From an uncultured Acetobacteraceae bacterium (lineage in GTDB: Bacteria > Pseudomonadota > Alphaproteobacteria > Acetobacterales > Acetobacteraceae), in assembly GCA_964250815.1 (NCBI GenBank), contig CAXUIQ010000001.1, positions 1 through 48,111 of the forward strand: a stretch of 48,111 nt of DNA, given 5' to 3'. Of the stretch, positions 37,860 through 46,660 are shown piece after piece (position 1 is the stretch's first letter; every line of letters begins with the position of its first letter). Under the pieces are notes generated by a model that was not told where the DNA came from, searched no databases, and was given only the letters and a program-made list of their open reading frames with translations. A program made the translations under genes and the position numbers.

Positions 37860-38435
37860 TCAGCCCTCCTTGACCCGCACGCTGCGCGGCATGGCGCAGA
37901 GCCGCTCGCCCTCGCACAGCACCACGTCCACGCCGCACGGATACAAGGCGTGGTTGGCCGCCCACTGGGCGGTGAAATCGTCGGGCAGGCCGTCCACGCG
38001 CAGGAGCGCCGGCGCGCGCAGCCCGGGGCCGGACAGGCGGAGGGGCACGCCCCGCCCCAGCGCCGGCACTTGCAGGACCAGCGTGGCCGAGTCCTCCGGC
38101 GCCAGGTCGGTGCCCGGGTGCAGGCTGGACAGCGCCGGCATGGCGAGCGCGCAGGCGAACGCGGCCGTCCCGATGCTCCCGGCCCACGGGGCGCCGCAAT
38201 GGAACGCCGCCCAATCCCATGCCGCCGCAGCCGCCGGGTCCAGCCACAACGGCGTATCGCCGTCCGCCAGCGTCAGCAGCACCGCCGCGGTGGCCGGGTC
38301 GAGCGGCGCCGGCGGACGCAGCCCGGCGCCGGCGGACATGATCGTGCCGGGCCGGCTCATGGCATGGAGCACGGCGCGGAAGCAGGCTTGGGCGTCCGTG
38401 GCGGGATCGGCAAAGCCGGGCCGGTCGAGCGTCAT
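37860..38435 (-). CDS. phnH: C-P lyase core subunit PhnH
   Basis: PGFADP..DAQ..FRAVL.AMSRPG, LTLAD.DTPLW, GT...PE.SAT, L.GPG and YP.GVD. Confidence 0.94.
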   Translation of the reverse strand: MTLDRPGFADPATDAQACFRAVLHAMSRPGTIMSAGAGLRPPAPLDPATAAVLLTLADGDTPLWLDPAAAAAWDWAAFHCGAPWAGSIGTAAFACALAMPALSSLHPGTDLAPEDSATLVLQVPALGRGVPLRLSGPGLRAPALLRVDGLPDDFTAQWAANHALYPCGVDVVLCEGERLCAMPRSVRVKEG

Positions 38436-38881
38436 GAGCGCATGGTCGCCAAGGTGAAGAACGCGACGCGGGTCGCCGCGGCCTTGGCGGCGGTCGCGTC
38501 GCGTGCGCCCTGCTGCGCGGCGTGCAGCGGGGCGATCACCGCCTCTCGCAACCCGTCCTGCCGCGCCGGGTCCTGCAAGGCCGCGTCCAGCGCCGCCGCC
38601 AGTTCGGCTTGACGCTGGTTGCGCCCGGCCACCACGGCATGGCCGATCCGCCCGGCCTCGTCGCGCACCGTGCAGCGCGTCACCGTCATTTCACCCAGGT
38701 TGAACGCCGCTCCTGTGCCGCCGGCCCGGCCCCGCACCATTGCCAGCCCCACCTCCGGCCCGCGCAGCCGCGCGTATGGCGGCAGAGGTCCGGGGAGGTG
38801 CGCCTCGATCTCGGCCGGCTTGGCCCGGGCCAGCACCGACATCCAGTGTTTCCGTCGCCTGTCCGTTTCAGCCTGGTCCAT
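38432..38881 (-). CDS. phnG: C-P lyase core subunit PhnG
   Basis: R..WMSVLA, PEVGLAMVRGRAGGTG..FNLGEMTVTRC and AAATRVAFFT; ATG 38881 (alternative GTG 38893). Confidence 0.94.
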   Translation of the reverse strand: MDQAETDRRRKHWMSVLARAKPAEIEAHLPGPLPPYARLRGPEVGLAMVRGRAGGTGAAFNLGEMTVTRCTVRDEAGRIGHAVVAGRNQRQAELAAALDAALQDPARQDGLREAVIAPLHAAQQGARDATAAKAAATRVAFFTLATMRS

Positions 38882-38940
38882 GTGGTACACCACTTATCGA
38901 GATGTCTAGACAACTAAGGCCGGCCCGCGGTAGCTGTCAA
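38882..38940 (-). promoter_or_regulatory. Putative phnG sigma70 promoter with overlapping PhnF (HutC-type) operator palindromes
   Basis: Minus-strand TTGACA at 38940-38935 with TTAGTT/TAGTTG 17-18 bp downstream; palindromes AGATGTCTAGACAACT (38900-38915, core GTCTAGAC fits HutC GT-N-TA-N-AC) and GTGGT-AC-ACCAC (38882-38893). Confidence 0.7.
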
Positions 38941-38982
38941 CCGATGTGCCCCGGCCGCGCCCCGCCCAGCCATGAAGTTCCG

Positions 38983-39732
38983 ATGACACCGGGCATGGAC
39001 AGCCTGGCGCCGGGCAGCGGCATCGCCCAGTGGCGCCAGATCGCGGAGCGGCTGCACGCCGACATCGCCGGCCATGCCCTGAAGCCCGGCGACCAGTTGC
39101 CCACCGAGGCCCGTCTGGCAGCCCGCTTCGGCGTCAACCGCCACACCGTCCGCCGCGCATTGGAGGAGTTGTCCCGCGCCGGGGCGATCCGCATCGAGCA
39201 AGGGCGCGGCAGCTTCGTGGCGGACGACGTGCTGGACTACGTCGTGGGTGCCCGCACCCGCTTCTCGGAATGGATACGGCGCCACAACCGGGAACCGTCC
39301 GGGCGCGTGCTGACCTTGCGCGAGGTGCCGGCGTCCCCCGCCGTCGCGGACGGGCTGGGCCTCCGGGAAGGCGAGCCGGTCGTGCTGCTGGAGCGGGTGG
39401 GCCTGGCTGACGGACGTCCGGTGAGCCTGGCCAGCCACCACTTCCCCGCCTTCCGCCTGCCCGGCATCAAGGACGCCCTGCGGCGGGAGAGCGGCATCAC
39501 CGCCGCGCTCGCCCGCGTCGGGGTGGCCGACTACCTGCGCCAGTCCACCCGCGTCTCGGCCCGGCTGCCCTCGGCGTTCGAAGCGACGGCGCTGGCCATG
39601 GCGCGCGGGCTGCCCCTGCTGGTGTGCGAGAACGTCAACGTGGACCGCGCTGGCCGGATCGTCGAGTTCGGCATCGCCCGCTACCCCACCCCGCGCGTCC
39701 AGATCGTGTTCGAACCGGGGGAGCCGGCATAA
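38983..39732 (+). CDS. phnF: Phosphonate regulator PhnF (GntR/HutC family, wHTH plus UTRA)
   Basis: WRQIA, LPTEARLAARFGVNRHTVRRAL, EQGRGSFV and RTRFSE; divergent from phnG; start ATG 38983 or 38995. Confidence 0.92.
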   Translation: MTPGMDSLAPGSGIAQWRQIAERLHADIAGHALKPGDQLPTEARLAARFGVNRHTVRRALEELSRAGAIRIEQGRGSFVADDVLDYVVGARTRFSEWIRRHNREPSGRVLTLREVPASPAVADGLGLREGEPVVLLERVGLADGRPVSLASHHFPAFRLPGIKDALRRESGITAALARVGVADYLRQSTRVSARLPSAFEATALAMARGLPLLVCENVNVDRAGRIVEFGIARYPTPRVQIVFEPGEPA

Positions 39733-39948
39733 GCGCGGGGACCCTTCTGACTACGGCAAAAGCACCAGCTCGTCGGAAGGCGGCCACGGGTGATGCTTGG
39801 ACGCCCCCCGCTTTGTTGTCGCCGCGGCCCGGGAATGCCATATGGAAAGCTCCAGGCTGCGGCACGCCGGGGCGGCGGCATCCCGCGGCGGCGCCTGCGG
39901 GCTTGAACAAGCACCGCATCGGTTCAACGAACCCCATGGGGATGGATC

Positions 39949-41652
39949 ATGGCTGACGCGCACGCCATCCTTTCGGCGCTGGTTCCGGTGATCACCCTGC
40001 TCGCCTTCGGCGTCGCCGCGGCGGTCTGCGCGCGCATGGCCAGGCTCAACCCCATCGTCGGCTACCTCGTGCTCGGGCTGGCCCTGAACGGCGTCGGCAT
40101 GGGCGTCGCCCTCGACGCCGCGACGGTCTCGACCCTGGCCGAGCTGGGCGTGGTGTTCCTCCTGTTCGACATCGGGCTGCACTTCTCGCTGGCGCACGTC
40201 AGGGAGCAGGCGGGCGACATCTTCGGCTTCGGGCCGGTGCAGGTGCTGGCGGGCACCGCCGGCATCGGGGCGGTGGCGCTGCTGTTCGGCCTGCCGCCGC
40301 TGGCCGCCGTCCTTGTGGGCGCGACGCTGGCGCTGTCGTCCACGGCGGTGGTGGCCGGGCTGATCGCGGAGCGGCACCAGCAGGGCTGCCCGGTCGGCCT
40401 CACCGCGACGGCGATCCTGGTGTTCCAGGATGTCGCGGCGATCTTCCTGCTGATCGTCGCGGGCGCGTTGGGCAGCGGGGCGGCGCTGCTGCCGGCGCTC
40501 GGGCTGGCGCTGGCGAAGGCGGCGGCGGCCTTCGGCGTGTCGGTGCTGCTGGCGCGCGTGGTGGTCCGGCCGCTGTTCGCGCTGGTCGCCCGCAGCCGGA
40601 ACGAGGAGGTGTTCACCGCCATGGCGCTGCTGGTGGCGCTGGCCGCCGGCTGGGTCACGGGCACCATCGGGCTGTCCCTGACGCTGGGCGCGTTCCTGGG
40701 CGGCATGATCATCGCCGAGACGCCCTACCGCGCGGTGATCCAGTCGGAGATCAAGCCGTTCCGGGGGTTGCTGCTCGGGTTCTTCTTCATCTCGGTGGGC
40801 CTGTCCATCGACCTGCCGACGCTGCTGCGGTCCTGGCCCATCGTGCTGGCGGTGGCCGTGCTGATCCTGCTCGTGAAGGCCGTGACCAACGCGGCGGCGA
40901 GCCTGCTGTTCCGCTGGTCGGTGCCCGGCTCGGCCCAGCTCGGCTTCCTGCTGGCGCAGGGGTCCGAGTTCGCCTTCGTGATCCTGAGCCTGCCGCCGGT
41001 GCGGGCGCTGGTGGGCGAGCGGGCCAGCGCGGTGCTGATCACGGCCGTCGCCCTGACGCTGGCCGCGACGCCCTCGGTGGCGGAGGCCGGGCGGGCGCTG
41101 GCCGGGCGGCTGCGGCGCCGGGCCATGCGCGAGGCGGACCCCGAGCTGCAGCGGCGCGATGTTGCGGCGCCGGTGCTCATCGCCGGCATGGGCCGGGTCG
41201 GGCGGACGCTGGCCGATGCGCTGATCGAGTTCGAGGTGGGATACACCGCCATCGAGCGCGACGGGGCGCGGCTGCGGGACGCGGTGGCGGACGGCTACAA
41301 CGCCGTTTTCGGCGACGTGGCGGACCCGCGCCTTTGGGAGTCAGTCATGATGCACGGCCGGAAGTTCAGCGTCCTCACGGCGCCGTCCTTCGAGGTGTCG
41401 CGCGACCTGACGCCCACCGCGGAGCAGCGGTTCCCCGGCCTGGTCCGCATCGCCGTCGTCGCCGACGAGGCGGAGGCCGAGCGGTTCCGCTCGATCGGCG
41501 TCGTGCCCGTGATCGACCGCAGCGTGCCGCCGGGCCTGGACCTCGCGGCGCTGGTGCTGGCCGAGCTGGGCATGGAGCCTGAGCGGATCGGCCAATGGAT
41601 GCGCCGGGACCAGGAGCGGGTGCTGGCGGGCCGGCAGGCGATGGCGGCCTGA
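39949..41652 (+). CDS. CPA2 cation:proton antiporter with C-terminal TrkA-N/KTN domain (KefB/KefC-like)
   Basis: AELGVVFLLFDIGL, ALSSTAVV, FQD, LGAFLGG..IAET, PFRGLLLG.FF and LAQGSEFAF; KTN motif IAGMGRVG...FGD. Confidence 0.9.
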   Translation: MADAHAILSALVPVITLLAFGVAAAVCARMARLNPIVGYLVLGLALNGVGMGVALDAATVSTLAELGVVFLLFDIGLHFSLAHVREQAGDIFGFGPVQVLAGTAGIGAVALLFGLPPLAAVLVGATLALSSTAVVAGLIAERHQQGCPVGLTATAILVFQDVAAIFLLIVAGALGSGAALLPALGLALAKAAAAFGVSVLLARVVVRPLFALVARSRNEEVFTAMALLVALAAGWVTGTIGLSLTLGAFLGGMIIAETPYRAVIQSEIKPFRGLLLGFFFISVGLSIDLPTLLRSWPIVLAVAVLILLVKAVTNAAASLLFRWSVPGSAQLGFLLAQGSEFAFVILSLPPVRALVGERASAVLITAVALTLAATPSVAEAGRALAGRLRRRAMREADPELQRRDVAAPVLIAGMGRVGRTLADALIEFEVGYTAIERDGARLRDAVADGYNAVFGDVADPRLWESVMMHGRKFSVLTAPSFEVSRDLTPTAEQRFPGLVRIAVVADEAEAERFRSIGVVPVIDRSVPPGLDLAALVLAELGMEPERIGQWMRRDQERVLAGRQAMAA

Positions 41653-42046
41653 ACCCGCGGGAAGCGGATGCGCCGCCCACCCATTGCCGCCTGCCGGTCA
41701 TGTTTCGCCCCTCCTTGGCCGGTGCGGATTGCTGGCCGGACGAGGATGCGGCGGCGGCCGTCTTTTGCAGACACCTCCGGAAGCACCAGGCCCCGGTTAC
41801 CCCGCCTGCCTGGGAGCCGTGCCGTGGCGAGGTGATTGCGACAAATCTTGTCTCTTGATCCCAATATTTCGTGAACGGCACGCTTCTGGCGTGGCAAGCT
41901 GCCGGGCAGGGCACATCGAACGGGACGGCATGGCGAGGGACGGCGGTCTGGATCAAACGTCTTGGCGAGGTTTGCTCGGAGCCGGGATCGGGACGACAGG
42001 CGTTCGGGCGCCACGGCTTCCGGCGCGCACCAGGACAGCGCCTGCC

Positions 42047-45000
42047 GTGCGCGGCACCTCCTTGGCCCGCTGCCTCATGCTGCTGACCGCGGCGCTGCTG
42101 CTGCCGTCCATGCTGCTGGGGTCGGGCATGCTCTGGATGCAGTACCGGGCCGACCGGGCACGCGCCGAAGCGCAGTTGGTGGAGCAGGCGCGGAGCATGG
42201 CGCGGCTGGTGGACCGGGAGTTCGCCCGCGCCGAAGGCGTGGCCCTCGCCCTCGCCGCTTCGGATGCCCTGGCCCGCGGCGACCTGGACACCTTCGACGG
42301 CGAGATGCGCACGACGAACGACTTGCTTTCGGGCGGCCTGCCGACGGGGGAGAAGAACAAGATCGCCTTCTTCGACGAGGAGGGGATGCGGCGGCTCTAC
42401 ACCGTCTGGCCCCGGGGCGGGCGCCGGACAGGCGGGCGCGGGCTGCCCTACGTCCTGGATGCGATCTCCTCGGGCTGGCCCCAGGACTCGGACCTGATCA
42501 ACGACCCGGCGTCCGGCCCGCCCTGCGCCGCGGTTGCGGTGCCCGTGTTTGCCCCGGCGCCGGGCGGGGATGGGCCGCGCGTGGCCGGGGTTGTCGCGGT
42601 CACGGTGGCGCGCGAGCGCCTGCTCGACATCGCCGGCGGAGCGGGCCTGCCCTGGGGCGGCTTCGCGTCGGTGCTGGACCGCAAGGGCACCGTGGTCGCA
42701 CGCTCCTTCCGGGACGCCGAAACGCTGGGAAAGCTTCCCATGCCCGCCGTGCTGGATGCCGTCATGGGCGCCGAGGCGGGCCTCGCGCCGCGCGGGACGC
42801 CGACGCTGGAAGGCGTGCCCTCGACCATCGCCTTCGCGCACGCGCCCCGGAGCGGCTTCGTCGTCAAGGCGGACGTGCCGGACGCGGTGTTCCTGGCGCC
42901 GTTCCGGGCGTCGCTGCTGCGGACGGCGGGCATCGGGACGGCGATACTGGCAGCCGGACTTGTCCTTGCCATGCTGGTGGCCCGGCAGGTCGTCGCGGCC
43001 TTCCGCGGCGTGTCGCAGGCAGCCCTGGACGGCATGGCCCGTGGCGGCGCGGCCCCGGCCCTGACCGGCCTGCGGGAAGCGGACGAACTGGCCGCCTCGC
43101 TGTCATCCGCCTTGGCCGAACGCGAGCGGGCCTCCGCCAGCGTCCGCGCGATGCTGGAAAGCAGCCCGGTCGGCGTCGTGATCTCGGACACGGGCGGGCG
43201 GGTGCACGAGGCCAATGACGCCTTCCTCGCCATCGTGGGCCGAAGCCGGGCCGAACTCGGCACGGGTGCGGTCCGTTGGGAAGAGGCCGCCATCGCCGAG
43301 GCGGTCGCGACCGGCCGGTGCACGCCCTACGAGAAGGAATACGTCCGTCCCGACGGCGCGCGGGTGCCAGTGCTGATGTCCTTCGGGCTGACCGACCGCG
43401 CCGCCGGGCTGGCCGCCGTGTTCGTGGTGGACCTGACCCGGATGCGCGACGCCGAGGCAGCCCGGCGCGAAAGCGAGGCGCGCTTCCGCGTCATCACCGA
43501 CGCCATGCCGCAGATGGTCTGGTCCATGCGGCCCGACGGGCACACCGACTACGCCAACCAACGCTGGCACGGCATGACCGGCAGGACGCCGGAGCAGATG
43601 CGGGAGGAGGGCTGGGCGCCGCTCGTCCATCCGGACGACCGGGAGCGGTTCTGGACGCAGTGGCGCCAGGCCCTGGCGGCGGGGACGCCGTATGATTGCG
43701 AGCACCGCCTGCGCATGGCGGACGGCGCCTACCGCTGGGTGCTGGGCCGGGCGCTGCCGGTGCGCGGCGCCCCGGACGCGGAGCATCCGGAAGGACGCAT
43801 CCTGCGCTGGTTCGGCACCTGCACGGACATCGAGGAGATCGTGGACGCACGGGAGGTCCTGGCCCGGTCGCGCCGGGACCTGGAGCAACTGGTCGAGGAC
43901 CGGACCCGCGACCTGGAAGCGACGCAGGCGCGGCTGGCGCACGTGCGGCGGATGGAGGCGCTGGGCCAGCTTGCGGGCGGCATCGCGCACGACTTCAACA
44001 ACGTGCTGCAAGCGGTGCAGGGCGGCGCCGCGCTGATCGAGCGGCGCCCTGCCGACCTGGAGGGCGTGCGCCGCCTTGCGCGCATGGTGTTCGAGGCGGC
44101 CGGGCGCGGCTCGGCCATCACCCGCCGCCTGCTCGCCTTCTCCCGCCAGGGCGACCTGCGGGCCGAGGCGGTGGACCCGGGCGCCCTGCTGACGGACATG
44201 CGGGAACTCCTGATGCACACCCTGGGCGCCGGGGTTGGGGTGCGGGTGGAGGCGACGGCCGGGGTGCCGCCGCTGCTGGCCGACAAGGGGCAGTTGGAGA
44301 CGGTGCTGGTCAACCTCGCCACCAATGCCCGCGACGCGATGGCCGGCAGCGGCACCCTGGCCTTGGCCGCCGCGGCCGAGGTGGTGCGGCATGACGGCGG
44401 GCCGGGCTACCCGCCGTCGCTGAAAGCGGGTTCGTACGTGCGTCTGTCGGTGACGGACACCGGCGCCGGCATGACGCCCGAGGTGCTGGCCCGCGTCACG
44501 GAACCGTTCTTCACGACCAAGCCGCAGGGCAAGGGGACCGGGCTGGGCCTGGCCATGGCGCGGGGCTTCGCCGAGCAGTCGGGCGGCGGCCTGCATCTGG
44601 ACAGCGCGCCCGGGCGCGGCACCACGGTCAAGCTGTGGCTCCCGCTCGCCGGCGGCGCGCCGGACGCGGCCCGGCCGCCCGGCCCGAAGGACGCCGACAT
44701 GGGACAGGAAAAGCGCGCCCGGCTGCTGGTGGCGGACGACGACGAGATCGTGCGCGAGATCGTCACCGAGCAACTGGAGGCGGCCGGCTACGCCGTTTTG
44801 GCCGCACGGGGCGGCCCCGAGGCGCTGGCCATGCTCGATGCCAGGGAAAGCGTGGACCTGGTGGTGTCCGACCTGTCCATGCCCGGCATGGACGGCATGG
44901 CCCTGGTGCGGGAAGCGCAGCGGCGCCGGCCGCGGCTGCCGGCCATCCTGCTGACGGGGTTCGCCACGAACGCGGCGGAGATCGCCGTGGGCGGTGCGGT

Positions 45001-45109
45001 GGGCGGCACCTTCACGCTGCTGCGCAAGCCGGTCGAGGGCAAGGTGCTCGCCGAGCGCGTGGCCGTGCTGCTGGAAGGGATGGCCGCCGCCGTCGGCGCC
45101 GCCGGCTGA
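42047..45109 (+). CDS. Hybrid sensor histidine kinase (TM, Cache-like, TM, PAS, PAS/PAC, HisKA, HATPase, REC)
   Basis: Two TM segments flanking a periplasmic domain; PAS motifs; H-box GGIAHDFNN, NLATNARDAM, DTGAGM, EPFFTTK..GKGTGLGL; REC DLSMPGMDG and KP. Start uncertain (GTG 42047 or ATG 42077). Confidence 0.9.
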   Translation: MRGTSLARCLMLLTAALLLPSMLLGSGMLWMQYRADRARAEAQLVEQARSMARLVDREFARAEGVALALAASDALARGDLDTFDGEMRTTNDLLSGGLPTGEKNKIAFFDEEGMRRLYTVWPRGGRRTGGRGLPYVLDAISSGWPQDSDLINDPASGPPCAAVAVPVFAPAPGGDGPRVAGVVAVTVARERLLDIAGGAGLPWGGFASVLDRKGTVVARSFRDAETLGKLPMPAVLDAVMGAEAGLAPRGTPTLEGVPSTIAFAHAPRSGFVVKADVPDAVFLAPFRASLLRTAGIGTAILAAGLVLAMLVARQVVAAFRGVSQAALDGMARGGAAPALTGLREADELAASLSSALAERERASASVRAMLESSPVGVVISDTGGRVHEANDAFLAIVGRSRAELGTGAVRWEEAAIAEAVATGRCTPYEKEYVRPDGARVPVLMSFGLTDRAAGLAAVFVVDLTRMRDAEAARRESEARFRVITDAMPQMVWSMRPDGHTDYANQRWHGMTGRTPEQMREEGWAPLVHPDDRERFWTQWRQALAAGTPYDCEHRLRMADGAYRWVLGRALPVRGAPDAEHPEGRILRWFGTCTDIEEIVDAREVLARSRRDLEQLVEDRTRDLEATQARLAHVRRMEALGQLAGGIAHDFNNVLQAVQGGAALIERRPADLEGVRRLARMVFEAAGRGSAITRRLLAFSRQGDLRAEAVDPGALLTDMRELLMHTLGAGVGVRVEATAGVPPLLADKGQLETVLVNLATNARDAMAGSGTLALAAAAEVVRHDGGPGYPPSLKAGSYVRLSVTDTGAGMTPEVLARVTEPFFTTKPQGKGTGLGLAMARGFAEQSGGGLHLDSAPGRGTTVKLWLPLAGGAPDAARPPGPKDADMGQEKRARLLVADDDEIVREIVTEQLEAAGYAVLAARGGPEALAMLDARESVDLVVSDLSMPGMDGMALVREAQRRRPRLPAILLTGFATNAAEIAVGGAVGGTFTLLRKPVEGKVLAERVAVLLEGMAAAVGAAG

Positions 45110-45196
45110 ACCCGGAAGAAGGGCCTCTTGCCGGGGACATGCACGCCGGTTCCCTGACCCTCCCGGGCTGCCGTGCGGCGCAGGCGGGGGGTTGCC

Positions 45197-46366
45197 CTAA
45201 AGGCCGGAAGCTGGCTGCCGCCGGGCCGCCGCAACCCGTGCCGACGCCCGCCGCAGCCCATCCGGCGCAAGCCACGGCGCCAGGTTCGTGGCCGCATACG
45301 CGACCAAGGCCGTGACCAGCACGCCGAAGAACGGGGCGAGGCCGGCGCCGGCCATTCCCGCCCGCACGACGAGGCTGCCCAGCACGCGGCGCGCCCGCTC
45401 GAACTGCCCGGCGCCCACGTTCATGCCCACCATCGCGACCATGCCGGTGCCGACGCCGAACACGATCGGGATTTGCAGGTATCCAGCCGGATGCCCAGCC
45501 CGAACCCGGCCAGCGCCTCCCTGCCCAGCGGCGCGACCACGGAGGTGGCAAGCACCACGGCGAGGCCGTGTTCAGGTTGTTGACCACGGCCGGCCCGCCG
45601 ACCCCCAGGATGTCGCGGAACATCGCGGCCCGTAGGCGATGGCGGACACCGATCCGGAACCCGCCGCCCCTGCCCATGAGCCGGACGCCGAGCACGACGC
45701 TGCCCAGGACGTAGTAGGCGGCCAGCGCCAAGCCGGCGCCCCGCACGCCCAAGGGCGGCACGGGTCCGAAGCCGAAGATGAGCAAAGGGGACGCCACCAG
45801 CAGCACGAGCACCCCGCCCGCAAGCACCGCGGCGGGCAGCGCCATGTTCCCGGTGCCGCGCAGGATGCTGGCTTTCGCGTTCAGCAGCCACAGGAACACG
45901 GCGCCGGCGAAGATCGCGTCGGAATAGCCGAGCGCCGCACGGAGCGCGCCGCCCGTCCCGCCCGTCGCGAGTAAAGCGCCGGCCCTCCCAGGATGGCCGC
46001 GGCGCCGAAGAACAGCCCGAGGACGGCCGCGAGGATCAGGGCATGGAACGCGACCGCTTCCGCTTCCTCGTGCCGGCCCGCGCCGACCGCACGGGCGACC
46101 GCCGAGGAGATGCCGCCGCCGATCCCGCCGGCGGACATGGTCTGCATCAGCATGAGCAGCGGGAACACCAGCGCAGCCCCGGCCAAGGCGTCCGTGCCAA
46201 GCAGGCCGACGTAGTAGCTTTCCAGGAAGTTGGCGCCGGCCTGGGCCAGCATGACGACGACGTTCGGGACCGCAAGGCCCAGCAAGGTCGCCAGCACCGG
46301 GCCGTGCAGGAGCCGGGCGGCGCGCGGCGCCATGGCGGGGGCCGCCGCAGGACTGGCCGCGCTCAT
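45197..46366 (-). pseudogene. MATE efflux transporter pseudogene (three frameshifts plus an internal deletion)
   Basis: MATE motifs spread over changing frames: LLHGPV..TLL.LA.PN / LGTDALAG..LVFP / GGIGGGISSAVARA.GAG; shift near 45968 to ILRGTGNM; shift near 45568 to LAGFGLGIRLD; shift near 45480 to LQIPIVFG.G..VGMNVGAGQ..RARR; the C-terminal half is far too short. Confidence 0.85.
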
Positions 46367-46449
46367 GGCCGCGTGCCCTTCGCGCGCCGTCCGGCGAGGT
46401 TCCGGATCACCGCCCCGCTCGCGGCGGGTCCGGACGCCGGCTCGAACCC

Positions 46450-46560
46450 GCGGTCCATCGGCAGGCCGTTGACCCGGTTTCCGTGCGGACCGAGGCGAGG
46501 CCCGTCCCTTCCAGCGCGAGGTGGCGGCTGCTCCAGGCCGGCAGCATTGGCAGCACGGGC
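46450..46560 (-). pseudogene. Possible highly decayed SDR fragment
   Basis: Alternating frames read AANAAGLEQ / RHLALE / LGPHGNRVNGL, resembling the SDR pattern A.KA.L....R.LA.ELGP.GIRVN. Confidence 0.3.
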
Positions 46561-46660
46561 CGGAAGCATCTGCGCTGCATGGGCGGAGCGTGCCATCGGT
46601 GGATGGCAGGGTGCAAGCGCAGTCTCTGCGATGGCGCGGGCACGCCTCGCAGGGCGGCGC

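Noticed and set aside
39733-39800. c-di-AMP (ydaO) riboswitch suggested by GCGGGGACCC and GGGTGA ahead of a K+ antiporter-like gene
   Set aside because: The conserved 3' half of the ydaO motif is absent, so the resemblance is limited to two short words
41876-41890. Sigma54-like CGGCACG-N4-TGGC upstream of the hybrid kinase
   Set aside because: GG-N10-GC spacing is right, but there are two mismatches to TGGCACG-N4-TTGC and no adjacent enhancer-binding protein gene; plausible by chance
41684-42046. N-terminal 121 codons of the 1141-aa kinase ORF (similar over-extensions in ORFs 19640, 22004, 22540, 23766, 38740)
   Set aside because: Non-protein-like upstream read-through; downstream starts with better RBS or domain boundaries were chosen
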